Source: Basidiobolus meristosporus CBS 931.73
Lineage: Eukaryota > Fungi > Basidiobolomycota
Length of the DNA: 64,000 nucleotides
NCBI GenBank assembly: GCA_002104905.1
Contig: MCFE01000048.1
Location: 124,001-188,000, forward strand
Direction: 5' to 3'
This document shows, in pieces, positions 49,725 to 61,593 of this stretch. The position numbers and the translations under genes were made by a program. Position 1 is the first letter of the stretch; each line of letters starts with the position of its first letter. The notes beneath the pieces are model-generated. The model searched no databases. It was not told the DNA's origin and saw nothing but the letters and a program-made list of their open reading frames with translations.

Positions 49725-50760
49725 ATGAAATTTCACGCCACCCTACTCTTGTTTACCACAGTTTGATGTTTGGATGCTTTAACCCAGGGACGAATAAAGG
49801 ACGATTCCCTGTACCCAGTTAATCCTGATTGGACCAATCAATATGCCCTTTCTTTCGTCCCTACTAATCCATTGAGATCTGTTGGATCTGGGATTTGTAA
49901 GAATGCCACATGCGATGCTAACGACTGTGACCGCTGTTACGAAAGCTGCGGGAACTGTCCAGTAAAGGATGATGTCTTTGGCTGTGGTGCTGGTCAGTAG
50001 GCCCTGACATTCGACGACGGCCCGTCAGAATACACCACCCAGCTGCTTGGCATCCTGGCTGCAGCAAAAGTCAAAGCCACCTTCCTGATGGTTGGCTCGA
50101 ATGTCGTCAAGTATCCCGAGGTGGTCAAGAGGGCGTACGACGAGGGCCATCAGATCTCGCAGCACACCTGGTCACATCCGCACCTGATGAGCATCTCCAA
50201 CGAGCAGATTGTGGCTGAGGTTCGAGCCACCGAGGAGGCGATCTTCAACGTCACTGGTGCACGCACCGCGTTCATTCGGCCCCCCTACGGTGAGGCGGAT
50301 GACCGAGTCAAGGGAGTGTTCAAGGCTATGGGCTACCGCAATCTACTCTGGAACATAGACACCTTGGATTGGGACATTGTTGCAAAGAAATAAGATCCAA
50401 GCAAGATCATCGATTCATTCGAAAGCGCTCTAACGAAAGGGACAAGCCTCAGCCTATTCAACGATACAGGCTATATGTCGCTGTAACACGACCTCTATGT
50501 AGAAACCGTTAAGCGTGTTCGGAAGATCGAGGAGCTTCTAGAGCAGTATAGCTTTCACTTTGTCGTACCATACCAAATCAACCTCGGCGATAATCTGCTT
50601 TTCAGAGTCACTCCAACCCACGAGGGCGTCAGAGCGGGCTTGCCGGACATTCCCGAAACTTCCATAGCACAAACAAACAGTAATCAAGAGTCCAAGCCTC
50701 CGGTGGAGATTTCGTCTATTGCCATTGGTAGTCAAGCGGCATTTACCGCTCTCAATTGAT
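49725..50760 (+). pseudogene. Chitin deacetylase pseudogene
   Basis: ATG 49725 (MKFHATLLLFTTV*). In-frame stops at 49764, 49998, 50391 and 50484. Core about 98% identical to CDA2/CDA3. 3' end approximate. Confidence 0.92.
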
Positions 50761-51404
50761 TGCTTATATGGCGGCTCCCAAATTTCTCAGATACTTTAGA
50801 CTTCAGACTGGTACCTTCAAATACAACCTAGAATCTAAAAGAACCCATACCAGATCGTGTAAAATTGGTGATGCTGTCCTATGTATAGATTAGCATTGCT
50901 GCCTGAAAGGATCCAGCAGATTAGGCCGTGACTTGTAATAAATCCATGCATCTCATTAAATCTCCACGTGAGCCACATCCCGCCCAACTAGCCAATCATC
51001 GAAGGTGTCGAACGCGAATGGCATAGGAAATCAAACACCACTCCCATTTTATCCTAATTAAGCAACATCTGCGTAGAAATTGTAACTCAGGTCGTCGGAG
51101 AGAAATAGGGAAAACGTAATGCAACCGAGAAAACTTAATATCGGGTAAACTCCCGTCTTCACGTCATCTACGCCAATATTCCGGTTGAACGAGATCTTTG
51201 GGGAGACAAGTCAATTCATTCAACATGCGGTGATGATTTTCATCCACGCCAACAAATATTCCAAAAGGAGGAGACTCAAGGTGTTTGTGCATCGCAATCT
51301 AGAGGTTCCAAAACTACATTTCAATCTCAGAGAAGTATAAGAAGTGGGGTTGAGTATTGTGGGAGAAGTTATCCCTTGAAGAGTCTGCCGAAATCCCTAG
51401 GAAT

Positions 51405-52463
51405 ATGAGGGCTTTTTCGTTTGTCTTGGTTACCTGCTTCTCTGCCATTATGGCTGAGGAAAACGGACTTCACCCAGTAAGACCTGAATGGACCAAGCAG
51501 TATAACCTTTCTCAAGTTCCCAACAAGCCCTTGAGGCCGGTCGGATCTGGTATCTGCAAGAATGCCAACTGTGGGCCTGATGATTGCGATAAGTGCTTCG
51601 AAAGCTGCGGGAACTGTCCAGTAAAGGATGATGTCTACGGCTGTGGTGCTGGTCAGTGGGCCCTGACATTCGACGACGGCCCGTCAGAATACACCACCCA
51701 GCTGCTTGACATCCTGGCTGCAGCAAAAGTCAAAGCCACCTTCCTGATGGTTGGCTCGAATGTCGTCAAGTATCCCGAGGTGGTCAAGAGGGCGTACGAC
51801 GAGGGCCATCAGATCTCGCAGCACACCTGGTCGCATCCGCACCTGATGAGCATCTCCAACGAGCAGATTGTGGCTGAGGTTCGAGCCACCGAGGAGGCGA
51901 TCTTCAACGTCACTGGTGCACGCACAGCGTTCATTCGGCCCCCCTACGGTGAGGCGGATGACCGAGTCAAGGGAGTGTTCAAGGCCATGGGCTACCGCAA
52001 CCTACTCTGGAACATGGACACGTTGGATTGGGATATCGTTGAAAAGAAGAAGAATCCGGATAATATCCTCGAGTCCTTCAAGAATGCTCTGGCCAAGGAT
52101 ACAGGGCTGAATCCTTTCCAAGACCCAGGCTACATTTCCCTCCAGCACGACCTCTATGTAGAGACAGTGAAGCGCGTTCCGAAAATCGAGGAGCTTTTGG
52201 CTCAACACGGGTTCCATTTTGAACTTGCCCACGCCTGTGTTAATCTTCCACCCTACCAAAACAAAGTAAACCAAACCACCGTCACTTCCACTCTTCCTTC
52301 CCCCTCCACATCATACAGCGCAACTACCACTAGCGGTCAAGATCCTACTCCCAAGGCTAACGCTGATGGTCAAGCTAAGATCGAGGCTACCTCGATGGGA
52401 GCAAAACTTTTGCACCCTTTAACATTAATTCCCTTGAGTGCCATTGCTTTGACGCGCTTGTAA
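51405..52463 (+). CDS. Chitin deacetylase CDA3, probably GPI-anchored
   Basis: ATG 51405 (MRAFSFVLVTCFSAIMA), five CE4 motifs, S/T stalk and hydrophobic tail. Confidence 0.93.
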   Translation: MRAFSFVLVTCFSAIMAEENGLHPVRPEWTKQYNLSQVPNKPLRPVGSGICKNANCGPDDCDKCFESCGNCPVKDDVYGCGAGQWALTFDDGPSEYTTQLLDILAAAKVKATFLMVGSNVVKYPEVVKRAYDEGHQISQHTWSHPHLMSISNEQIVAEVRATEEAIFNVTGARTAFIRPPYGEADDRVKGVFKAMGYRNLLWNMDTLDWDIVEKKKNPDNILESFKNALAKDTGLNPFQDPGYISLQHDLYVETVKRVPKIEELLAQHGFHFELAHACVNLPPYQNKVNQTTVTSTLPSPSTSYSATTTSGQDPTPKANADGQAKIEATSMGAKLLHPLTLIPLSAIALTRL

Positions 52464-53159
52464 TTAAACAAATTTTAGGTCATGCACCAGTAATTTCTTA
52501 AGGCAGATGGGCTATCACGGATCTAGCCTTCCAGAATCACTTATATAATGCACCACCAGAGCTACTTGGTTACAATAGGAAGCAAAGGATGGGGATGTAT
52601 GGGTAGAAATGACGTAGTGCTCGTGGGACTTTCGTTATCAAAAGGTCTGGAGGATGGGATCAAAACGATATCCCGGCAACCGAGTGGTTCCCCTTTAATT
52701 TAACCAATATGTGGATATGCCTACAGATGCCGATCAATAAAACCGGTTCCGAAGCTGACCATCCATCGCGTGGTTACACACTGCTTGGTGTAGAGCACAG
52801 AAATCTCAACGGTTCACATAGAGTGAGGGGAAATAATTTCCGTTGGAAAGCAGGAGGAGCCGGATTGGGCTTGATGACTCGGCTAGGCAGTCAGAGGAGA
52901 TTGTCTGGAATGCTCACCTCATGACTGGCAATGCACCCCTTAAGAGAGGGTGCACCCCAGCTGCCCGCGAATTCTTTAAGCCGACATGGTGGAGAGAATC
53001 CTTAGGAATGCAGGTAATCAAGCATAAAGCCATTAATTCGACATGTTTCTTTTCGCAATGATTGCCCCCAAAAAAGGTGGCAAATATAAGGAACGAAGAT
53101 GGGCTTGCTGTTCATCATTCAGCCCCTCGATCTAGATCTACTTCTACTCTTTAATAATC

Positions 53160-54221
53160 ATGAGATTCGTCTCCATTGGACTGTTGCTTGCCTTGCTCGG
53201 TCTAGCACAACTAGCTAGATCGCAGGAGGCTGCTTCGAGCGAGTTAGCCAAAATCAATTCGCAATGGATGAAGCAATACGATCTCTCCAAAGTGCCGAGC
53301 ATCGCGCCCAAAAAAGTGGGCTCTGGAACCTGTACCAACAGTGCTTGCGGCCCCACTGATTGCGACAAATGCTGGGAAAGCTGCGGTAACTGTGCCTTGC
53401 TGGACGATGTCTATGGATGCACGGCGGGTAAATGGGCCCTGTCATTCGATGATGGCCCATCGAACTATACAATGCAGCTGTTGGATATTCTTGCTGCAGC
53501 CAAGGTGAAGGCGACCTTCCTGATGATCGGCTCGCAAGTGACTCAGTTTCCTGATGCAGTCAAGAGAGCTTTCAATGAGGGCCACCAGATCGCATCTCAC
53601 TCATGGTCTCATCCTCATCTGATGTCACTCTCCAATGAGCAGATTGTGGCGGAAGTCAAGTCTACCGAGGATGCAATCGTGAACATCACTGGGGTCAGGC
53701 CAGCATTTATCCGGCCGCCGTATGGCGAGGCTGACGGCCGTGTCAAGGCGATTTTCAAAGCTATGGGGTACAGCAATTTGCTGTGGAACATGGATACTTT
53801 GGACTGGGACATTGTGGCCAAAAAGGAGAGCCCAGCCTTGATCCTCAACTCGTTCACAGCAGCACTGACTAATGGCACCTCTTTAAACGCACACAGCGAC
53901 CCAGGGTATATCTCATTGCAGCATGATATTTACATAGACACAGTCAAGGAAGTACCATCCATAGAAAAGTTGTTGATACAGCATAACTTCACCTTCGTGC
54001 TTGCCCATGAGTGCATCAACCGACCACCATACCAAGGAAATGTCCCCAGTACCAACTCTACATCAAGCGCTGCCAGTAGAACAAGCACCAGTTCAGCCGC
54101 TTCAACCAGTGTGCCCGTCTCCGCCGTCGAGCTGCCTGCCAAATCGGAGTCCACTACGAACTACCAGGGCTCTTTAGTCTTCATCTTAAGCGCATTTGGT
54201 GCCCTTTTGACATATTTATAA
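53160..54221 (+). CDS. Chitin deacetylase CDA4 (more divergent paralog), probably GPI-anchored
   Basis: SFDDGP, HSWSH, RPPYG, DTLDW and LQHD; signal peptide; S/T stalk; hydrophobic tail. Synonymously diverged from CDA1-3 throughout. Confidence 0.93.
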   Translation: MRFVSIGLLLALLGLAQLARSQEAASSELAKINSQWMKQYDLSKVPSIAPKKVGSGTCTNSACGPTDCDKCWESCGNCALLDDVYGCTAGKWALSFDDGPSNYTMQLLDILAAAKVKATFLMIGSQVTQFPDAVKRAFNEGHQIASHSWSHPHLMSLSNEQIVAEVKSTEDAIVNITGVRPAFIRPPYGEADGRVKAIFKAMGYSNLLWNMDTLDWDIVAKKESPALILNSFTAALTNGTSLNAHSDPGYISLQHDIYIDTVKEVPSIEKLLIQHNFTFVLAHECINRPPYQGNVPSTNSTSSAASRTSTSSAASTSVPVSAVELPAKSESTTNYQGSLVFILSAFGALLTYL

Positions 54222-54465
54222 TTGATTTATAATATCCAACCATCTTCAATAAACTCTAATATTCTAAGCACTCGGGTTTGACTCTGTTTGTCAACCCCAA
54301 CTCTATAGTTTGGCATGTGGTGAAAATCCTCATGGATCCATTTTGCACGAAGAGTATATATTTTTCCATTGGTTTGAAGAGAATTAGGAATGAATGAAGT
54401 GCTTTGATATAGAGTACGGTATCATGATATATGGAAGATACTGGCCAGGATCAACCTAGACGAAA

Positions 54466-55240
54466 TCAAGCATAGAGTCCGTTATCCTGCAGGCATTGGG
54501 GTACAGTTACAACTCTATATCTAGTGTCTCGGACTTTCTTGAGGATATCTCGGACTGCCCTAATGGTGGGAGCGTGGACGTCGTGTTGCAAGGAGATGTA
54601 GTTGCTGCTGTTGGGTGGGTTTTTATCCAAGACGTTGTATGCGCTAACAGTTGCTTGGGTGCTTTGGGTTTTCCAATCCAGAGTATCCAAGTTCCAGTAA
54701 ATCACTTTGTATCCTAGTCTTTTGAGCACAGCGAGGACCCGATCATCGCATTCACCATATGGGCAACGCATATATCTAGGACGAACCTTAATGGCTCTAT
54801 AAATGGCATCCGAAGATCTCCTCATTTCACGCTCGATTCCGGCGGTGTCCAGCTCGTTGAGATTTGCGTGAGAATACGTATGGGAGGCAATATGATGCCC
54901 ACGGCGGTACATCTCCCGAACAATTTCCGGGTACTTATCTACATCTTGATCATGGTGCATCGGTTAGCATCTGATTAAAAAAAGCAGGTTGATGGCTCAT
55001 TATATTATTACTTTCTCCAACCAAAAAGAACGTCACCCTGGTATTTCCCAGAATGTTTAGTAGTTCTTGAGTAAAGCTTCCTGGTCCATCGTCAAATGTG
55101 ATCGCTACTACTCCATTTGTGGAGCATTCGCTGATTTGAACACCAAGAGGTGCGGCCCGTTTCCTAATACCAGCGGCACCAATCTGCGAAACACCAACGA
55201 GCCCAAGGATCAAGATAGAGATGTTCGACAGGAAGCGCAT
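54466..55240 (-). CDS. Polysaccharide/chitin deacetylase CDA5, secreted, no GPI tail, one intron
   Basis: MRFLSNISILILGLVGV signal; TFDDGP; spliced LVGE|NVDKYPE; HTYSH, RCPYG, DTLDW and LQHD; ends VTVPQCLQDNGLYA*. Confidence 0.88.
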
Positions 55241-55757
55241 AGCAAAGCTAGTTGGTTCGTTGGGCTGGAGGGGGAAAGTGAATGGTTGACTCTGGCCAAA
55301 CGTGAAGCACAGATATATATATACTTCAACCAAGAGCATTGATGAAGAGTTGAGCATTATTCGTAGCATGGGAGTGCATGTTTAACAATCAGTTAAATCC
55401 TACATACATATATTCTAGTGATCCACAAAGTATCCATCCAAGCATACCACACAAGGCTAAGAGCAGCTCTCTACTAGCATGAGCTACATTTAGCTGCAGT
55501 GCCATTCAGTCAGATTGAAATATTCCTGGTATAAAATACATATTCGTAAACCAATGCATAACTCATCATAGAATAGGAAGCCACGTGGTCACTTTAATTA
55601 GATTGCATTTAACTATGCCTAGATAGGCATCCACAGTACATATATACCTATATATATATACAGATTGGACAGTCAAGCTAAATACAATCATGTTATCCAT
55701 ATACACGAAGGATTAGCAATGAATTGGAATGAAGTCCTAATGTTCATCTCCGCCATG

Positions 55758-58057
55758 TTAATTATGATCATCATCTCTGCGATTTGGGCGTTTAGAATGA
55801 TTTGTGGCATGCACATCAACCACATCTAAGGGACGCTTATGGTTTTTGAGGTGCTTGTTCGACGATGGATAGTACTCATCTGGATGGGGTCGCTCTGGGT
55901 ACCAGGGTTGTGAGAAGCCATCAAAATTAGGAGATGGGCCATATCCATTAGAGTTACCATATGGTGGATAAAATCCCATCAATTGAGGGGGTGGTGGGCC
56001 CCTCCATAACGGTTGAGGCGGCTGCCCCATATTAGCATGCACTGGGGGATAGAAGGGCGTGGAGAAATGATTTGCTTGAAATCCTGCAGGCCGATAGGAA
56101 TGGCTAGGGTAGTGGTGACTCCCTGAGTCACGTTGATCGTGGGTGTGCACTCTAATTTGGCCGCCAGTCGGCTCATTATTTCCGTTTTGTCTCTGTCATA
56201 AAATTAGTTAGCGTCAGTTCTATCGGTGAAGTGTGAAATAAAGCAGCACCTTGTGAACCCCATGCTCCTCGTCTCGTTTTTGATTACTAGTTGAACTGTG
56301 CTGTGCATTAGCATTAATTGACGCTTCTTCAGAGATTGGCCCTGATACCGAGGAGTCGCCTAAATTACTCTTGGCTGCTCTTGACACCGCGTAACTCCTT
56401 ACATATGCTTCGACGTTATTTCGCAACTTCTGGTTTGCAGACAGCCCGTCTGGGGTTTGATTGGGGGCATTGCATGCTGGACAGGTAAACTCTGAATTCA
56501 ACAATTCTTGTTGAATACCTTAAGCATCAAAGTGGGTTAATGCAACTCCAGAGGACAAGGAATCAGGGATCAGAGTAAACTTACAATCCTCACAGAAGTT
56601 ACGTTCACAGCATGGAATCGTGACTGCTTCCTTGAGTAGACCTTTGCATAGATAACAGCTTAATTCTGCCTTCACTGGAACTTGCTCATAAACATCACCA
56701 GTCCCCAGGGAATTTCGTGCTGAGGCCATGATTTTTTCCCAAGCTTGTCTGCGAATACCTTTCATTAGGTAGATTCAATTTATGGATGACAAGAAGTAGG
56801 CCACTTACGAGTCAGGCTGCGCCACTACTAGGCCACCATCGGGAGTGACCATGACTCCTCCTTTGACACTTTTAGGGGCGTCGATTGACTTGAGGAAACT
56901 CTTTGGAATTCCGGTGGTGCGCTTGATACGAGGTTTGTCATACTCTTTATCACCATTGGTTGGGCAGTTATTGATAAAATGACCTAACATTATTGAAAGA
57001 GTGAGTCGCGCGTTGGAAGATAGATTGTGGATGAGAGACTATCATTGGACGAAGTTGTTCTGATACCTTTCTGTCCACAACGGTAACATACATAATTGGG
57101 TGGTGGGACCTTGACCGGCATATTTGAGTTGTATTTGCGGTTCATTAACATGACTGGAGTAGCTCTAGTTATGGATTAAGTTAGGCCAGCAAAATCAATT
57201 TGGGTTCTCAATTTATGTGCTTACTCAGCCATCTTCTCTTGTTGCTGCTGCCAATGCTCGCTCGTTTGCCTAAACATCGCTTGAATTCTTGCTTCCTCAG
57301 AATCATCATCTCCACTTGTTTCAATAGGCACTGGCTGCGGATTACTAGTTGCCTGTTTATGATGTAGGCAAACATAGTCAAGTATAGAACTCAATGTGAG
57401 TGCCGTGTTTATAAAACAGCGAGACGAATACAATGTTATATAAAACCAAACGTACCATCTTGGGGCCTTGAGATAGTGATCTAATGATGGAATTTAGTAA
57501 TTTCGTAAGAAAAATTTGAATGTATCAACAACTAACCCTCCACCCATGGAACGACCACGTCCTCTCCCCATACCGCCACCTTGGCTGTGTGCAGTGTTTA
57601 TTGGATTGGCACCATTAACATAATGCTGAGCAGTTCCCTTCCCTGGTTTCGAGGCAGGTAATCTTCGAACTAGTACAGAGGTAGCTCTAGGAATGAGGAA
57701 GTTGTCGTCGGTATATTCTATTACATTAACAAATAAATTTACTTTAGAGATTCCCTTTCCATGAAAAGTGTAGAATATAATATACAAAAATGTTCATTTG
57801 GGGCGCAAACATTCATCTAGTTTGAATGTTGCGTTTGTATATTGATTGTATTGAAAGTAATACACAAATAATGGTCAATTATATTTACCTTCGTTAGTTT
57901 GGGCATTATAAACGGCAAGGTCAAAATCGGTTCCTTTTCCCAGTTTCTTGGCGAGGATGATTTCTCTCTTCAAATCGAAAACCGAAATACCTGTTCCGTC
58001 AAAGGTACATACATCGTAATCCTTGGCAGATTTGAACTTATAATATACCACAGACAT
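55758..58057 (-). CDS. MPE1: Mpe1/RBBP6 cleavage-polyadenylation factor (DWNN-zinc knuckle-RING), multi-exon
   Basis: DWNN domain VYYKFKSAKDYD...ISVFDLKREI...LIPRATSVLVRRLP; knuckle PPPNYVCYRCGQKG|HFINNCPT; RIKRTTGIPKSFL; RING CYLCKGLLKEAVTIPCC...CPAC. Confidence 0.92.
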
Positions 58058-58739
58058 AGTTACGAATAGTGAAGGAAAAGAGAATGGTTAAGTTACTCTA
58101 TTTTAATGGTTCTGATTTTTCTTTTGGTAAACTCTAGGTTATTTGTTTTCGTTGATAATAACTGGTAGCTGTTTTTAACAAGAACAATGGAGTGAAGTGA
58201 ACAGATACAATAATAAAAGCGAGATTGAAAGGTAATTAGAGATAAAGTGAAAATCGTTGTGAAGAATGGAGGAAATATAGAATAAGAGCAAGAGTGCAGA
58301 ACAAAGTGACTTGTAACTAGCAAAATACAAACAGCATACAAAGATATAGGTTTATAGTAAGCCATGGGACAGCAATTGGCAAATATGGAAGTGACGTCAA
58401 ATCGATGGATTATTTGATCTAATTTCTGCACAATAATTCCGTGCACCCCAAATTTTTGGACGGTGCTAGGTCTGTGAATATTTACGATGCACACCAAATT
58501 GTGATAAATTATCCTGGAAGTTAGCTAACATTGATAACCTGATGGATGGTGTGGCTTAAAATCATGTATCGTATTCATTTGTATCTTGAAACCAGCGTCG
58601 CTGGAGTGTGAATTGTGTTGATTGTTTGTGTATCATCAGGTAAGCTTATTGTGATTGATCTACTCAAGCATATATTAAACTGTTTACTTAAGGACGAGCC
58701 AAAGCTGACTATTCTTTGCACTACTGTATTATAAGTGTA

Positions 58740-59330
58740 AATATGTGCATATGCAAGCATGTGTTTCACCAGCTTATAAGCATGGCCTATTATTCATTAT
58801 TTTCATATTGAACTCCTTATCCTGTTTTGTTATAAAGGGAATGTATTTTGCTACAGTGGAGTACATAACATATCGATCCCGCCATACCTGTTGTATAAAT
58901 CAAATACTGACCACACCTTCGAGAAAAGTACCAAAACAAGATATATACACTCAATGAGCCATTGTTTAAACGAAGCAGCTTGATTCAAGCGACGCTTCAT
59001 GAGAGCAGCGCAGGAGATCGGAGAGTCTTGATTAGCACCTACCAGACATTCCAGAAGATGCCGATGTGCTCTTACATAATAGACGGCGATACAGTAGCAA
59101 CCACAAATTAGAGTACTGATCCTACTGTAATCCCAGCAGCCCCACGTCCTAATTGCCTTTCTGGAGCACCCAATAAATAAGTGGAGCAGGGATGAGCACA
59201 TCAGGCAACTGGGCCGCACTAAGAAGCAGTAGTGCAAAAATCTCTTTGTCCAGTAGGCTTGCTTCGTTCGGCAAAAAATCACCAGCAATACACGATGAAT
59301 TCCCAGAGATGCATCCACATGTTTCCTGTG
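58740..59330 (-). pseudogene. Possible Chs7-like (chitin synthase export chaperone) remnant
   Basis: Only the segment YVMYSTVAKYIPFITKQDKEFNM resembles the Chs7 C-terminal motif (VMMVYKYWDSITKEDLEF, from memory). Upstream frames are hydrophobic but broken. Confidence 0.25.
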
Positions 59331-60077
59331 AACATCCAATCCTGCCTGTTAGGAGCATCTTAAAGAGAAAACGATCAACTTGCCTGTTTCATTATGAATT
59401 CAAAACAAACCTCCAAATGCTTCTCTGTAACTGTAATATGCATGATATCTAGAATAGGATCGAATAAACGAGCATCATGAGACCGACGCAGTTTCCGGGA
59501 TGTAGGGCAACAGAATTCTTACCCGATTTGAATGAAAGGATTATCCTTCGAATAATCTGGGATGTCTTCAATGCGATACAGCTGATACGCCTGGTGAGGC
59601 GCAGACGTTTTCTTCTCGAGATCGTAGTTTTTACTACCGAGTTCATCCATATCGGATAGCAGAGCTGTGGTATTTCAATTTTACAAAGTAATCTACAAAC
59701 ACAAGGATATTTACAAATGAGGAATAGGGACAAGTCAAACGCAGAATGTTTACAAGTGTCTTGAAGAGACCATCTGTTATATACATATATATATATATAC
59801 ACGAGCGAGCGTTGGTTCGCCAGATGCGTGTTGTTTAAAAATTTATTCGAGGATTAAACAAATGTTCTAATTATTAACGTTTACTCCAGATGCTTCAGCT
59901 CCAACGGACAATTACATTGCGTCTATATAACAAATTATCTTCGGATTTGCTTCGGATTCTGAAGATCTATAAACACCACTCAACTAGTTACAGAGAGTTA
60001 TCCGATTCCTCTTAATGATTACAGGGAATTTTGTGGCTACTTGTAAATCCTTTGTTACTATTAAAGTGATATTCGTC

Positions 60078-61593
60078 TTACGGCCGGGCATGATGATTCT
60101 CCGGCGCAGGCATGGGATAGTGTACTTGTTGAGAAAAGCCGGTGTCCTCAGGTCGAGATGGTATTATCGGAACTTCTTGGTGTTGATGGCTACTCTCAAG
60201 ACGAGCAGGCAATGGTGGGCCAAACTGTGAGGGGTGCTGACCAGGTATCTCTGCCATAGGATATATCTCGCTGTTTTCAGCATGGTTCTGCATTGCCGTT
60301 TCCGTAGGCTGAGTAGTCAGAAGATAGGTGTTTCCACCAGAATTCATCTCCTGCTTCTTTCTGGATCGTAATTCTGCTCGTTTGCGCGCAAGACGGCAGG
60401 AATCAACGCCACAGCATAGTATCCCATATAAGAATTCAGGAATATATGTAATATAGCCATCGGTTATTGCCTTCAGTGGAGTCATCCGTTCAGTGCTTAA
60501 CTCACCGCTGGCATGCTTGGCAATCATATCTTGAGGACCATAATACTTGGCCATCAAGATGATAACAAAGGCCATTACTACACATATGATAATTACATAA
60601 AGACCATTTTTGACTGCTGCTGCTGGCCAAGCGATCGAATCACTCGAGTTACTTCCATCCGTACCCTTGATCACCTCAGCTGTCGTAAGGATGGTCAAGA
60701 GAATGTCCCCCACGTAAAAGATAAACATGATAGGGCCCTTGACACACCAAAACATCCCGTGAGCACGAATCTTGCCTCTCTTCCACTCCTCATGGAACAC
60801 CGCAAGATAGGTGAAAAGGGCTGAGAGAATAACTGAGAGGGAAACGAAGTTGATGATTGTCAGGTAGACATAGGCACCATGGAAGTTATATTTGCCCTCG
60901 CAGTAATATCCTCGAAGTTCAGCGAAGATAGAGATAAACGCATTCATGATGGACCTGGCAATAAGTCATAAGCAAGGGACCGTCAGAAGATCCGCACAAT
61001 GCAGGTCTCTTACCATATAGGATACTGGAAAACTAAAATATTTGTGATGGTATTGTAATGAAGTCCCCATTTAGATTTTCTAGGCAAATGAAAGGTTAGA
61101 ATCATGGAACATCAATCAAGTAATTATCATCAAGACGCACATGCGTATCTTAAAAAAATAAAACATATTAACCGTTATATCTTCCTTCCTCTTGCCAGCT
61201 TCGTCTCTAAAAGGCTGTAGGTACGATTGAAGGCACATAAAGAGGTTGTAAACTGCAAAAGATTCGAACAGTGTCGCAAAGAACATGATAGTTGTTGAAT
61301 AATCATAGCGCAAGTACGAAAACCAGGCTAAAGTTGCATAGACAGGAGGGTACAACAAAATTCGCAACTTGTGTCTTTGAACATGTGAGTTGCTGAACGA
61401 AAAAGTTAGAGCAAGTAAGCAAAAACGAATATAATTGAGCCAAGACAGCTTACTAATAGTTTTTAGCGTGACGGCCTACAACTATGAAAGCATACACCCA
61501 TGTGAATGCAAGTAGAACACAGCAGAATAACCAGCCTATTATATGCCAATTCTGACTAAACAAAGGAACGTTTTCGTTGGTAAACTTGCAAAA
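60078..61593 (-). CDS. TMEM184 / organic solute transporter OSTalpha-like membrane protein, multi-exon; first exon not located
   Basis: WHIIGW...GRHAKNY|YNSHVQRHKLRILLYPPVYATLAWFSY...FATLFESFAVYNLF; VFQYP; GYYCEGKYNFHGAYVYLTIINFVS. Proline-rich tail. Confidence 0.85.

Noticed and set aside
46577-52463. CRISPR-like or spacer-array reading of the repeated CDA block
   Set aside because: The repeats are coding paralog segments hundreds of bases long in a eukaryotic gene family, with no short repeat-spacer periodicity or cas genes.
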